DNA of 64,000 bases from positions 1,383 through 65,382 of the forward strand of contig JAURDW010000002.1 of the NCBI GenBank assembly GCA_030827745.1, in the 5' to 3' direction. The stretch is from Poseidonia sp. (lineage in GTDB: Archaea > Thermoplasmatota > Poseidoniia > Poseidoniales > Poseidoniaceae). Below, one piece after another: positions 8,539 through 18,303 of this stretch. The notes beneath the pieces were generated by a model that was not told the origin of the DNA, searched no databases, and was given only the letters and a program-made list of their open reading frames with translations. The position numbers were made by a program, and so were the translations under genes. Position 1 is the stretch's first letter, and each line of letters opens with the position of its first letter.

Positions 8539-9559
8539 CCGGGGCCAGCGACGTCATCATCGTGTTCAACCCGAGTTCTTTCAGTTGCGAAGCCAGTTCC
8601 TCGAGGTTTTCCTCCGTGGGAAGGCGGTCTACACGGCGAGGGACCACAGCGACCGAACTGCCCAGCATGCACAAACGCACAGCGCAGGTTGATTGAAGGG
8701 CGGCTTGACCAACAACGCTCACGACTGCATCGTGCACGGCAGCGCGTTCCGGTTCATCGAGCATGCCCGATGCATCGGCAAACTTCTTTGAGGCTTCCAG
8801 CACTTCAGGCCAGCGTTCTTTGGTCCAGTTTCCAACACAAAGTTGTGCGAGGTTCTCTTCACCCGCTTTGGTGATGGTGGCCTGCCAGTTTGGGTCGTCG
8901 ATGTAGAGGGAGGTATGGCGTTCCTCGGCAGCGTCCCACACCAACAAGATGAGCGAATTGAATTCAAAACTCGTCGCTTGGCCCGGCCAGCCCGGGGCCC
9001 CTGGTTGTCTACGGAGTTCCACACCGCCAACGGACAAACCCAACACGTCGCCTAAGCCGGCTCCATGCTCTCGCTCAATCCGGTGAGCCAATTTTTCGTA
9101 TTGAACAACCGTTCCCCTTTGGGTGGCGGCGTGAAGGGCGCGTCCAAGCGCCATCAAACCCGCTGCGGACATGCCAAAACCTTGGCTCGTCGGGCATTCC
9201 AACTTCACGTCCACGGCGACGTACTCGTGCTTTCGCAACAACGTCGCATCGCGACATGCTTGAATGAAGTCGAAGTAGAGCGCCCCATCAGTTCTCACCT
9301 TTCCGTTTGCATCTTCCACATGCACCGTTGAGAGATCGTTGTTGGGTTCGGGAGCACGAGGATCGGGTTCCACGCCAGCCATGAACCGCTTGGGCGCCGT
9401 GAGATTGTCGGTCATGAGGCGGAGGCGCACCTTGACGCCGTGCCGAACGGTGAAACCAGCTCCTCTGCTGCCCTGACTCCGTTTGAGTCGAGCAGATTTA
9501 TCGATGGAGAAAAGAAGGGTGATGTGACCGCCGCACGAGGCTTCAACGGTCGTAGGCAT
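8522..9559 (-). CDS. Pantoate kinase (archaeal CoA pathway, GHMP-kinase fold)
   Basis: GHITLLFSI...SRGAGFTV, the GHMP motif SQGFGMSAAGLMALG, and HGAGLGDVLGLSVGGVELRRQPGAPG resemble the Thermococcus pantoate kinase as I recall it. ATG at 9559 is preceded by GGAGG. Confidence 0.75.
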   Translation of the reverse strand: MPTTVEASCGGHITLLFSIDKSARLKRSQGSRGAGFTVRHGVKVRLRLMTDNLTAPKRFMAGVEPDPRAPEPNNDLSTVHVEDANGKVRTDGALYFDFIQACRDATLLRKHEYVAVDVKLECPTSQGFGMSAAGLMALGRALHAATQRGTVVQYEKLAHRIEREHGAGLGDVLGLSVGGVELRRQPGAPGWPGQATSFEFNSLILLVWDAAEERHTSLYIDDPNWQATITKAGEENLAQLCVGNWTKERWPEVLEASKKFADASGMLDEPERAAVHDAVVSVVGQAALQSTCAVRLCMLGSSVAVVPRRVDRLPTEENLEELASQLKELGLNTMMTSLAPVTTRG

Positions 9560-9606
9560 CGTCCTCCCCACGTAGGCGGGGCTGATGAAGTGTGCTCTTT
9601 GGACTT

Positions 9607-10548
9607 TCAAGCCAAAGCAGAAGCGACATCTTCACTCAAATTGACGAAGCGTTGACTCAACTCGTTGAGGGCCATGTTGAACGCCGTCACAGGGTCAAGG
9701 GCGCCGTCGGTTTCGTAGGAGAACACGTAAGCGCCGTCAACGGGTTCGAGGGTGATGGCTCCGTCAAAGTCGTCTTCTCGGCCGGTTCCTTCTCCGACCT
9801 GGTGGAGGGCCTTCTCAAGGTCCATCACGTGGTTGATGTTGGTGACTTTCTTGTCCTTGCCGAACAGCTTGGCGTCGATGGCTTTTCCGTCGGTGGTGGT
9901 CAAACCGAGTTTGAACAAGGTTTCGGCCTTCTTGAGATTGTGAAGAACAGCCTCGCACTGGGGTCGGAATCCAACCGCAGCGACCGGGGACCACTTGGCG
10001 TGGTCGCGACCTCGGCCCAAAACGGCGAAGGCGTAAAACTCCAAGAATTGACCCTTGGCCAAGACGGTGAGTGGGATGTCCTTGTGCTCTTCTCGAATGT
10101 CAAAGACCGGGTCTGAAATGGTGGTGATGTCACGGGCAAAAACGGTTTTGAATTCCTCTTCAGAATCGGAGGAGGGGCCACGAGCGGAGAGCGTGAACAA
10201 GACTTGGCACATAGGGCAACCCTTGTCCTTCTCAACGACGTCCTTGCAGTTTTCGCAGGCATCGGGGAACACAAGTCCCTCGTCGAGGTTGGTGGGAATA
10301 GGGATCATGGCCAAGCGATGAGCGAGGACTTCATCGGGAAGGACGTTCACGGATTCGACGACTTCGCCTTTGTTGTCCTGCGTGACGCCCTGGGAGAAGT
10401 CAACGCGGGTGATGGCAAGTTTGGGGACATCAGCAATCAGTGCTCGGCGAATGGCGTTCACTTGAGAAGCGTCAGTGTCGCTGATGAGGATGCGGATTTC
10501 GTGGCCTTGGGGCCAACCTTCTACGATTTCAGTCTTCATGGTCATCAC
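9607..10548 (-). CDS. rpoD: DNA-directed RNA polymerase subunit D (Rpo3)
   Basis: N-terminal ...SQVNAIRRALIADVPKLAITRVDF... with a C-x2-C...C-x2-C loop (CENCKDVVEKDKGCPMC). Located immediately downstream of S11, as in the conserved archaeal operon. Confidence 0.9.
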   Translation of the reverse strand: MMTMKTEIVEGWPQGHEIRILISDTDASQVNAIRRALIADVPKLAITRVDFSQGVTQDNKGEVVESVNVLPDEVLAHRLAMIPIPTNLDEGLVFPDACENCKDVVEKDKGCPMCQVLFTLSARGPSSDSEEEFKTVFARDITTISDPVFDIREEHKDIPLTVLAKGQFLEFYAFAVLGRGRDHAKWSPVAAVGFRPQCEAVLHNLKKAETLFKLGLTTTDGKAIDAKLFGKDKKVTNINHVMDLEKALHQVGEGTGREDDFDGAITLEPVDGAYVFSYETDGALDPVTAFNMALNELSQRFVNLSEDVASALA

Positions 10549-10554
10549 CAGTCT

Positions 10555-10935
10555 TCAAACACGACGGCCTCGGCGGCCACCTTTCTTCTTGGTTCCATCG
10601 TGAGCGATGGGGGTGACATCGACGATGCGGCTGACGGTCATGCCAGCACGGGTGAGGGCTCGGATGGCTGCGGTTGCTTGAGGAGCACGGATGGAGCGGT
10701 TTCCACCAGGTGCTCGGAATTTCACGACGATTTCGGTGAATTCTTTCTCTTTCAGGGCATCGGCCATCCGTTCGCCGGCTCGAGTGGCGGCAAATTGGCT
10801 ACCCTTGTCCTTGCCGGACTTGACCACTTCACCACCGTTGCAGGTGGAAATGGTTTCAGCTCCCGTCAAATCGGTCGCGGTCATCAGGATGTTGTTCTTC
10901 GAACTGTAAATGTTGACAACGGCTTTGCGGGACAT
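10555..10935 (-). CDS. rps11: 30S ribosomal protein uS11
   Basis: MSRKAVVNIYSSKNNILMTATD...IVDVTPIAHDGTKKKGGRRGRRV. Its ATG overlaps the S4 stop codon (TGATG). Confidence 0.9.
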   Translation of the reverse strand: MSRKAVVNIYSSKNNILMTATDLTGAETISTCNGGEVVKSGKDKGSQFAATRAGERMADALKEKEFTEIVVKFRAPGGNRSIRAPQATAAIRALTRAGMTVSRIVDVTPIAHDGTKKKGGRRGRRV

Positions 10936-11591
10936 CACTCATCGCCCCCTTCAATGGCAGCGGTGGAGGCTTCTCCAGCCTCACGAACTTCTTCAGCAAA
11001 TTCAGGAGTGGCCTCGGGGTCCACCTCGCCGTCTTCGTATTCTGCCTTCTCTCGCACGCCTTCAATGGCTTTGCGGATGGGGTGGTTCGGGTCGTTCAAC
11101 GAGGAACTTGGGTGATAGCGAAGTTCGGCTTCCTCATCCTTGCTCACGGCGTAGGAGGGAATGGTGATCTTTTGTTCACCGATGCAGATTTGACCGTGCG
11201 TGACCAATTGCCGAGCTTGCTTCATGGTGCAAGCGAGTCCTTTGTAATACACTTGGGCTTGAAGGCGTCGGTTGAGCACATCTTCGGTTGAGAGCGACAG
11301 CACATCGCCGAGGTCAGCGTCGGAAGGGATGAGCCCCTTGCGATGGAGCGAGCGAAGCAGGTCCTCGCGCTCTCGCTTGCCGTGGCCTTCGGTCGTGTCG
11401 ATGTTTCCGATGAGGCGCATGGCTTGGCGTCGGTGGCGTCGGAGTTGGGATTTGGCCTTCCAAATCTCCTTCATGTTCTTGAGCCCGTGATTCGCCTGAA
11501 TGGCGTGCTCTTCTTCAATCCGGTCAGCCTTCCAAGGGTGGGAGGGCGTGTCGTATTTGGGTCGTGAAAACTTTGGTTCTCCCATGCTCAA
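10935..11591 (-). CDS. rps4: 30S ribosomal protein uS4, with an acidic C-terminal extension
   Basis: GEPKFSRPKYDTPSHPWKADRIEEE...GLKNMKEIWKAKSQLRR... plus an S4 RNA-binding domain. Sits in the expected operon position. Confidence 0.9.
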   Translation of the reverse strand: MSMGEPKFSRPKYDTPSHPWKADRIEEEHAIQANHGLKNMKEIWKAKSQLRRHRRQAMRLIGNIDTTEGHGKREREDLLRSLHRKGLIPSDADLGDVLSLSTEDVLNRRLQAQVYYKGLACTMKQARQLVTHGQICIGEQKITIPSYAVSKDEEAELRYHPSSSLNDPNHPIRKAIEGVREKAEYEDGEVDPEATPEFAEEVREAGEASTAAIEGGDE

Positions 11592-11600
11592 TCCCTCTCA

Positions 11601-12068
11601 TCACTTCTTTCGGCTTACACCAAGGGTCAATCCGCCACGGCCGTTGGAGCGGCCGCGCTGACCACGAACTTTGTTGCCCGATGCGTGGCGAATGCCACGG
11701 TAGCACTTCATGGTCCTGAGGCGGTCAATGTCGTCTTTGAGGCTGAACCGAACTTGCTGGCCGGTGACGTGAACGTCGTACCCTGATTCAAGGTCTCGCT
11801 GACGGTTGAGCATCCATTCGGGAACGTTTTCTGCGTAGGATTCGATAGCGAGGCGGAGTTCTTCCTGCTGCTCGGTGGAGAGGTAGCCGGCGAGTGCATA
11901 GGGGTCAAAGCCTGTGTTCTTGCAAATTTGAACGGCGGTACGAGCACCGACGCCTTTGACCGAGGTCAATGCCGTGGCCAAGGGTTTCAACCCGTCCATG
12001 TCCGTGTCGGCCATGCGCAGAATGTATGAAAAATCGTCACCAAGGTCCTCATCCTTCGGTCGTGCCAT
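11601..12068 (-). CDS. rps13: 30S ribosomal protein uS13
   Basis: MARPKDED..FSYILRMADTDMDGLKPLATALTSVKGVGARTA... The first 47 codons of the track ORF (to 12209) are hydrophobic junk; ATG at 12068. Confidence 0.9.
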   Translation of the reverse strand: MARPKDEDLGDDFSYILRMADTDMDGLKPLATALTSVKGVGARTAVQICKNTGFDPYALAGYLSTEQQEELRLAIESYAENVPEWMLNRQRDLESGYDVHVTGQQVRFSLKDDIDRLRTMKCYRGIRHASGNKVRGQRGRSNGRGGLTLGVSRKK

Positions 12069-12125
12069 CGTGTTCACCTGTACGTTAACACACGCAGTGT
12101 CAAGCATCCCTCCGACCAACCCCCC

Positions 12126-12133
12126 ATATATCA
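12126..12133 (-). promoter_or_regulatory. Candidate TATA element for the S13-S4-S11-RpoD operon
   Basis: CTTGATATATGG on the minus strand, about 60 nt upstream of the S13 ATG. It is the only AT-rich element in the 113-bp gap. Confidence 0.3.
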
Positions 12134-12180
12134 AGACCGCGATGATGGAGTTCGCGCCACTGAGCCGCGAAACGGTGCTT

Positions 12181-13464
12181 TTAGCGACTCCCATCTTCGA
12201 CGGGGTCAAAGGCCGAAACGCACAGCAGGAGGGTGTGCCCGTTGGGATGCCGGGTCAGGAAACCCTCCCGCGTCCCGTGACGTCGCCGCAATTGCCGGTC
12301 CAGGGAGCCTTGCAAAACGGGTTGAAGGGCAGGGTCGAGGTCGAGCCGAAGTTTCACCGAGCAGAATTTGTGTTCCAAAGCGCGCTCGACCACGTTGTCG
12401 ATGGTGCTTTCGTCGAGGTCATGGGTCAGCAAGTCCACCACGCGCCCCGTCGCTTGCACCATGGCTTGCTGCTGTTCGCTCAACCGCAGGGCGTGATCGT
12501 GATGGACTTGAGGGCGCCGCCCCTCAAGCACCGCCCAACGGAAGGCGTGATCCTTTGAAACCGTGGGCAACCACGAGGCCACGAGGCCGCTTTCGACCAA
12601 CGCTGCGTCAACCAGGGTAACAAATTCACCGCGTTTTGGAGGTTGAAGGTGAACCGAGAGCGCCTCGGGAGGCTCGCCCGTTCTCAAAATCAACGGGTCC
12701 TGCCCCAAGGTTGGCGGCACGCGAACGAACCTGCGGAGGACACTGTTTTCGGCGACAAGGCCTGCCCAGAGCGCCAACCTGTCCACGCGTCCACGCCCTC
12801 TTGAGGTCCATTCCCAGGTTCGCTCAAGGCCGGGCCAAAGACGGTCAACCATGGCCTCGACCTCACCACGCTGACCATCGGTGAGCCTCGGTGAGAGGTC
12901 CAAAACAAAAGCAGGTTGCTCGGAGAAATGAGGTGCCCATGCCTCCAAAACCTCGTGCAGTGGAGGCTGCATCTCGTCGAGCGCGTGGGTGCGACTGTTG
13001 CGCGGTCGGGCGGGATCGAGGTGAAGAAAAGTGAGGGCGTGACCCGCACCGCTTGCACGGAGCACCCCCTCGGCATCCGTCCCGTCTCCGGCGACGATGC
13101 GGCTCTCTGCAAACCACGCCTCTTGGTGAGCTGCGTGATGTGCGGCGACCGTTTGCAGGTTGAAGGCGGCGGCATGGGCCCGGGAAGGTTCCAATTCAAC
13201 CCCGAGCACGGGTCGATGCAGGGAGGAGGCATACGCCGCCAACTGAATGCCGCTTCCACAAGCACAATCGAGCAGAAGACCGTCGTCCGGGAGCGGCTGT
13301 TGGGCGAGAAGTGCGGCTCGCAGCACGGCGACCTGCCATGGCGTTGCAAGCGGTTTTCCTTCAATGGCGTGGTGAAAGAGCAGGCCCTCCGGTGCCGTGG
13401 GGTCTTGGGCCTGTTCAACCAGACCGGCCTTCTCCACCTCGCCGGGGTTGAGGGTCGTGTGCAT
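12181..13464 (-). CDS. Class I SAM-dependent methyltransferase with a C-terminal extension (possibly an RNA methyltransferase)
   Basis: Motif I LLDCACGSGIQLAAYA and post-motif LHLDPARP. The remaining ~250 aa are unassigned. Confidence 0.6.
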   Translation of the reverse strand: MHTTLNPGEVEKAGLVEQAQDPTAPEGLLFHHAIEGKPLATPWQVAVLRAALLAQQPLPDDGLLLDCACGSGIQLAAYASSLHRPVLGVELEPSRAHAAAFNLQTVAAHHAAHQEAWFAESRIVAGDGTDAEGVLRASGAGHALTFLHLDPARPRNSRTHALDEMQPPLHEVLEAWAPHFSEQPAFVLDLSPRLTDGQRGEVEAMVDRLWPGLERTWEWTSRGRGRVDRLALWAGLVAENSVLRRFVRVPPTLGQDPLILRTGEPPEALSVHLQPPKRGEFVTLVDAALVESGLVASWLPTVSKDHAFRWAVLEGRRPQVHHDHALRLSEQQQAMVQATGRVVDLLTHDLDESTIDNVVERALEHKFCSVKLRLDLDPALQPVLQGSLDRQLRRRHGTREGFLTRHPNGHTLLLCVSAFDPVEDGSR

Positions 13465-13477
13465 CCACTCGCCTCCG

Positions 13478-14092
13478 TCAAAGATTCACGATGTCAGAGC
13501 GCGTGAGTAAGGATTCAAAATGAATGCCGGCCGCTTCAAACGCCGCCTCGGCGCCCTCTTCCCTGTCAAGAATGCTGATGACGCCGACCACGCGACACTC
13601 GGTTTCGGCGTGAATGCGTTCCACGGCGACGATCGAAGAGCCTCCGGTGGTGGTGACATCTTCCACGATGATCACATCGCCTCCGCCGTCCAGAGAGGAG
13701 CCTTCAATCCCAGGCGGGTTGTTGGTTTTGCGCCCCCCGCGCCCTTTCGGCTCCTTTCGGACCATGAAGCCGCGTATGTGGTCCGGGGCTGCCGCTACCA
13801 CCAAGGCGGTGAGCGGGACCGCCCCGAGTTCAAGGCCGCCGACAAACGTGGCCCCCATCGCCTCAGATCGCATGGTCAAGAGGGTGCCCAAAATGCGCCC
13901 CGCCTCGGGATGCATCATGACGGGCTTGGTGTCAAAAAACCACCGTGAATGCCGTCCGCTGGCGAGCGTAAATGCCTCGTCATGGCCTCCGTCAAGAAAG
14001 GCCAATTCATGCACCAAACTCGCCAATCGAGTCCACTGAGCGTGTCCACGGACGGAAGGGTCAACGGCCATGCATCCTTCTCGGAAGCGCAT
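13478..14092 (-). CDS. pyrE: Orotate phosphoribosyltransferase-like PRTase
   Basis: FTLASGRHSRWFFD..., VRKEPKGRGG, and the PRPP loop VIIVEDVTTTGGS. An alternative ATG lies at 14071. Confidence 0.75.
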   Translation of the reverse strand: MRFREGCMAVDPSVRGHAQWTRLASLVHELAFLDGGHDEAFTLASGRHSRWFFDTKPVMMHPEAGRILGTLLTMRSEAMGATFVGGLELGAVPLTALVVAAAPDHIRGFMVRKEPKGRGGRKTNNPPGIEGSSLDGGGDVIIVEDVTTTGGSSIVAVERIHAETECRVVGVISILDREEGAEAAFEAAGIHFESLLTRSDIVNL

Positions 14093-14150
14093 GACATGAA
14101 CTTTCCTTCCAAGCCCCTCCTCTTCGGTTCAGCAAAACCCACCGCGCGGA

Positions 14151-14158
14151 TGATATAG
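14151..14158 (+). promoter_or_regulatory. Candidate TATA element upstream of the PolD large subunit
   Basis: GATGATATAGGG about 34 nt upstream of ATG 14188. This implies a very short leader or none. Confidence 0.35.
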
Positions 14159-14187
14159 GGTCGCCTCCCTCATTTTCACGACTGACC

Positions 14188-17100
14188 ATGGGTGCAAAGC
14201 CGGCTCGTACCGAATTGGGAGAGTTGAATCCGTTGCTCGGGCTTGATTTGGCGCGCCTCGAGGCTGAAATGGAACGCTATCACCTCTGGCTGGACGAACG
14301 CGCAGACGACGCCTACAGGATAGCCGAACGCGCCCGTGCTCTCGGGTTTGACCACAAACCTCGGGTGGAGATTCCAAGGGCTTCGGACTTGGCGGGCCGC
14401 ACCGAGAAATTGCTCATCGAGCATCTTGACGGTTATCCGGTCGCTGATGACATTCGGGCCCTGCTGGAGGAGCATGACCGCGAGACCACCTCGATCATGA
14501 TTGCGCAGTCCGTCTCGCGGGGGTTCCGAGAAAAGGGCTACGACCTCGAAAAATCCATTGACGTGGGCCTCCGGGTTGGCCTCGCTGTCTTGACCGAGGC
14601 CGTCTTGGTCGCTCCTCTGGAAGGCATCAGTGAAGTGCGGTTGTTGAACAACATCGACGGCTCTCAGTTCGTCTCCGTTCATTTTGCTGGCCCCATCCGT
14701 GCAGCAGGAGGAACCGCACAAGCCCTCGCCGTTTTGATTGCCGATATGATTCGGCGTGAATTGAACGTCGGCCACTACCAGCCCACCGACCCTGAGGTCG
14801 AACGGGTGAAGGAAGAATTCGGTCTTTATCGGGGCAACCTCCAGTACCGCCCCTCGCCTCCCGAAATTGATGAAATCGTACGGGCTTGTCCGGTGATGAT
14901 CAACGGCGAATCAACCGAGCGCATCGAATGCGCCGGCTACGGCAACGTCAGGAACATCGATGAAGCGCGTATTCGGGGAGGTGTTCTGCTGGTGATCGGT
15001 GAGGGCATGTGCCTGAAAGCGCCCAAGATTCAGAAACACACGGAACGCTTGAACCTCCCCGGCTGGGAATTTATCACCAAATTCGCCGCTCGTGGCAAAG
15101 AAAAAGGCGAGACCGATCGCGAAAGCTTTCGGAGCAAGCAAATCCAGCCGATTACCAAATTTATGAACGATATCATCGCAGGGCGTCCGGTCTTCGGCGG
15201 GCCCCTACAGCCCGGAGGGTTCCGCCTTCGTTACGGACGGGCGCGACCTTCGGGGCTTGCCGCTGCCTCATGCAACACCACCTCCATGCTCGCCCTTGAC
15301 GACTTCATCACCATCGGTACGCAGATGAAAATTGAACGCCCCGGGAAGGCCTGCGCCATCACGCCATGCGACGAAGCGGAAGGGCCGTGGGTGGTGCTTG
15401 ACGACGGGCGTTTCTTGCGCATTGATGACCCTGCATCCTATGCGGCGTTGCGCCCTCGTGTCAAGAACATCTGGGACAACGGTGAGTTGGTCATCGGGTA
15501 CGGTGAATTTCTTGAAAACAACAAGGCTTTGGTGCCTTCCGGCTACACGATGGACTGGTGGGCAAGCGACCTCTTGGAAGCCTTGACCACGCCCAAGGAT
15601 ATGGAAGATTTCCTCGCCTTGATGGGTGGCGAACGTGCCGCTTGGCCCGAAGGGTTACCGGGGCTTCAACCCGCAGAAGCCGATGAGCCCAATGCCCAAT
15701 TTTGGGTCCGTTGCCGCTGGCATTCATGCTTACGGGCGCAGAAACTCACCTGGGAACAAGCCAGCGGCGTTGCCAAACGTTTTGCTACCTCGCTCGCTCC
15801 GCCCCATAACCCCTGGTTCAAGGACCTCCCCATCGAATGGATGCCCAGCGTCCTCAACCTTCTCGAGTCGGCGTCCATTGAGGCATCAAACACCTTCTCA
15901 GCGGTCGCTCCGAACACCGTCCACCTTCAAGGGGCCCTCCCAGCGAAAGGGGAACGGCAGCTCCGTCTCAAAGGCGGTGCAAGGGGATGGTCACCCAAAC
16001 GCATGGACGAATTGGAACCTGAGGTGCTGCCTCCGCTCGAGGAGATGGCCTTGCCCGGGACCGAACACCTCCCTCATCCCCCCGTGCTTGAATCAACGCT
16101 GCCGGAGGGGTGGGCCCTTCACCAACACGGCATGGCAAAAGCATCGTTGATGCTGCTCGGCCTTCCTCACGCTCACGACGGCGACGACCTGGTGGTCTTG
16201 GCGGGTTGGGAGGCGCTGCTCGAAGGTCTTGGTTTCACCTTCAACGGAGCCACTCCCGTTCGCGTCCGGAATGCCGAAAGCATGACGGCAGACCGTATGC
16301 GAGCCCTTGCCCAAGCAAAAACCGTGCTCGATGAGGAGCGTCAACGCAAACGTGACCTTGAGGCGGAGCGTGCCAGCATCCGAATCGCCGCTGAAACAGG
16401 CGCACGGCAACGCGGCTTGGGCATCGCAGAGACCGACAAAGTTGGTCGCGAAGCAGCGGCCTCCATTCCCGACGAAGGGCCCAAGGACCCCGCTGCCTAC
16501 CTTCACGCCCAACAACTCGAGGACGAGCATGCAATTCACGGCATCACGGTGCTCGTCCGAAAACTCTCCGACTTGCGTTGGGAGCACAGCGCCCCTGTTC
16601 GTGTTGGATGCCGAATGGGGCGGCCAGAGAAAGCCGCACCTCGTGTGATGAACCCGATGACCCACTCCTTGTTCCCTATCGAACTGAACGGTGGAAATCA
16701 ACGCTTGCTGCACAACGCCGTCGACAAGCGAACCATTCGCGTTCAACTCGGAAAACGCACCTGTTCCGTGTGCGCCCGCCCCTCCCCGTACCTGCGTTGC
16801 CACCACCGAAACGAGGACGAGTTCGGCGAAGGGAAAGCCGGTGAGGTGTGCGGCGGTCGTACCGAAGCGGATGCTTCAACTTCCACCGCACGTCGCCGTG
16901 GTGAAATTCAATCGGTTCGCCTCAACGACATGGTCGAAGATGCTCGTATCCGCCTCGGCATTGACCGGCTGCCGGCACAAGTCAAATGCATGAAGAAATT
17001 GAACAGTCAAAACCAGACGCCCGAGGCCATCGAAAAAGGCATTTTGCGAGCACGTCACGAACTCCCCGTTTTTCGAGACGGAACGGTACGTTACGACATG

Positions 17101-18303
17101 AGCGACGTTCCAGTGACGCATTTCCGACCCCGTGAAATCGGCGTGCCGTGGAAAACCCTCGTCGGATTGGGCTACACCCACGACTTTACCGGAGCCCCCC
17201 TCGAAGACGACGAGCAGGTGCTCGAACTCTATCCTCAAGACTTCATCGTGGCCAAGGGAGCCGGCGATTTCCTTCTCCGCACGGCGAAGTACATCGATGA
17301 ACTCCTCGTCCGGTTTTACGGCATGGAGCCGTACTACAACGCCGAATCGGAAAACGACCTTGTCGGGCATTTGATCTGTGCCCTTGCTCCGCACACCAGC
17401 GGGGGTGTTCTCTCTCGCATCATCGGCTGGGCCGACTGTTCGGGCGGCTACGCCCACCCGCTCTTCCACGCCGCCAAGCGTCGAAATTGCGACGGCGACG
17501 AGGATGCCATCATGCTGCTCATGGACGGGTTGCTGAATTTCAGTCGCGACATCCTCCCGGCCAACCGAGGCGGTCAAATGGACGCTCCTTTGGTGTTGAC
17601 CACGCGGCTGAATCCAACGGAGGTCGACAAAGAGGCGCTCAACGTTGATGCTGGATGGTTTTACGAGCGCGATTTCTACGAAGCCACCTTGGACCAACCT
17701 CACCCGAAAGAAGTCCAGAATCGGATGGATTTCGTGGAACGCAGGCTGGGCACGGTGGCTGCGGTTCGCGGGTACGGGTTCACGCACGACTGCGCTTCGT
17801 TGGACCAAGGACCGGCTCTGTCTGCTTACAAGACACTGGAGACGATGATCGACAAAATGAACGGTCAGTTGGCCCTTGGGCAACGCCTCCGGGGCGTGAA
17901 CGTGCGGCAAGTCGCCTCGAGCGTGGTTCGTTCGCATTTCTTGCCCGATTTGCGAGGCAACCTCAACGCCTACGGTCGCCAAAAGGTTCGGTGCTTGAAA
18001 TGCGCTCATTCCTACCGTCGAATGCCCTTGTCGGGGAGTTGTATCCAGCCGAAAAAAGAGGTCGGTCGTGGCTTGTCCAGCATGGGCGTCGCCGCTCCTG
18101 AAGGCGGTTTGTGCAACGGCAACCTGGCGCTCACGGTCTCGGAGGGTGCCGTGCGAAAATACATCGAAGTCATGCAGTTTGTCATGGATCACTACGGGGT
18201 GGACCTGTATACCCGGCAGAACGCAGAGTGGCTGGCCACCAGCGTTGATTCTCTCTTCAACAACGACCGAGCGAAGCAGCTTTCACTTGCCGATTTCCTC
18301 TAA
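14188..18303 (+). CDS. polC: DNA polymerase II (PolD) large subunit DP2
   Basis: 1371 aa. HFAGPIRAAGGTAQA, RVGCRMGRPEKA, CDGDEDAIMLLMDGLLNFS and C-terminal Zn-type Cys clusters are characteristic of DP2. Confidence 0.95.
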   Translation: MGAKPARTELGELNPLLGLDLARLEAEMERYHLWLDERADDAYRIAERARALGFDHKPRVEIPRASDLAGRTEKLLIEHLDGYPVADDIRALLEEHDRETTSIMIAQSVSRGFREKGYDLEKSIDVGLRVGLAVLTEAVLVAPLEGISEVRLLNNIDGSQFVSVHFAGPIRAAGGTAQALAVLIADMIRRELNVGHYQPTDPEVERVKEEFGLYRGNLQYRPSPPEIDEIVRACPVMINGESTERIECAGYGNVRNIDEARIRGGVLLVIGEGMCLKAPKIQKHTERLNLPGWEFITKFAARGKEKGETDRESFRSKQIQPITKFMNDIIAGRPVFGGPLQPGGFRLRYGRARPSGLAAASCNTTSMLALDDFITIGTQMKIERPGKACAITPCDEAEGPWVVLDDGRFLRIDDPASYAALRPRVKNIWDNGELVIGYGEFLENNKALVPSGYTMDWWASDLLEALTTPKDMEDFLALMGGERAAWPEGLPGLQPAEADEPNAQFWVRCRWHSCLRAQKLTWEQASGVAKRFATSLAPPHNPWFKDLPIEWMPSVLNLLESASIEASNTFSAVAPNTVHLQGALPAKGERQLRLKGGARGWSPKRMDELEPEVLPPLEEMALPGTEHLPHPPVLESTLPEGWALHQHGMAKASLMLLGLPHAHDGDDLVVLAGWEALLEGLGFTFNGATPVRVRNAESMTADRMRALAQAKTVLDEERQRKRDLEAERASIRIAAETGARQRGLGIAETDKVGREAAASIPDEGPKDPAAYLHAQQLEDEHAIHGITVLVRKLSDLRWEHSAPVRVGCRMGRPEKAAPRVMNPMTHSLFPIELNGGNQRLLHNAVDKRTIRVQLGKRTCSVCARPSPYLRCHHRNEDEFGEGKAGEVCGGRTEADASTSTARRRGEIQSVRLNDMVEDARIRLGIDRLPAQVKCMKKLNSQNQTPEAIEKGILRARHELPVFRDGTVRYDMSDVPVTHFRPREIGVPWKTLVGLGYTHDFTGAPLEDDEQVLELYPQDFIVAKGAGDFLLRTAKYIDELLVRFYGMEPYYNAESENDLVGHLICALAPHTSGGVLSRIIGWADCSGGYAHPLFHAAKRRNCDGDEDAIMLLMDGLLNFSRDILPANRGGQMDAPLVLTTRLNPTEVDKEALNVDAGWFYERDFYEATLDQPHPKEVQNRMDFVERRLGTVAAVRGYGFTHDCASLDQGPALSAYKTLETMIDKMNGQLALGQRLRGVNVRQVASSVVRSHFLPDLRGNLNAYGRQKVRCLKCAHSYRRMPLSGSCIQPKKEVGRGLSSMGVAAPEGGLCNGNLALTVSEGAVRKYIEVMQFVMDHYGVDLYTRQNAEWLATSVDSLFNNDRAKQLSLADFL

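Noticed and set aside
15600-16650. Possible intein or mobile insertion in the 1371-aa PolD large subunit
   Set aside because: The poorly conserved middle region lacks intein hallmarks: no Cys/Ser N-extein junction block, and no terminal HN followed by C/S/T. It reads as a continuous acidic, coiled-coil linker. DP2 length is variable among archaea.
16876-18192. Long antisense or alternate-frame ORFs. Examples: 16876..18192 in polC, 2243..3214 in leuS, 7552..8451, 10204..11115, 12690..13481, 21880..22614, 22392..23117, 26179..27072, 31059..31961, 33239..34138, 39405..40127, 44851..45567, 46357..47166, 47374..48375, 50080..50763 and 56057..56695
   Set aside because: All lie opposite or out of frame to genes with strong motif support. 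Their translations are Arg/Gly/Pro/His-rich low-information sequence. Long stop-free antisense frames are expected in GC-rich DNA.
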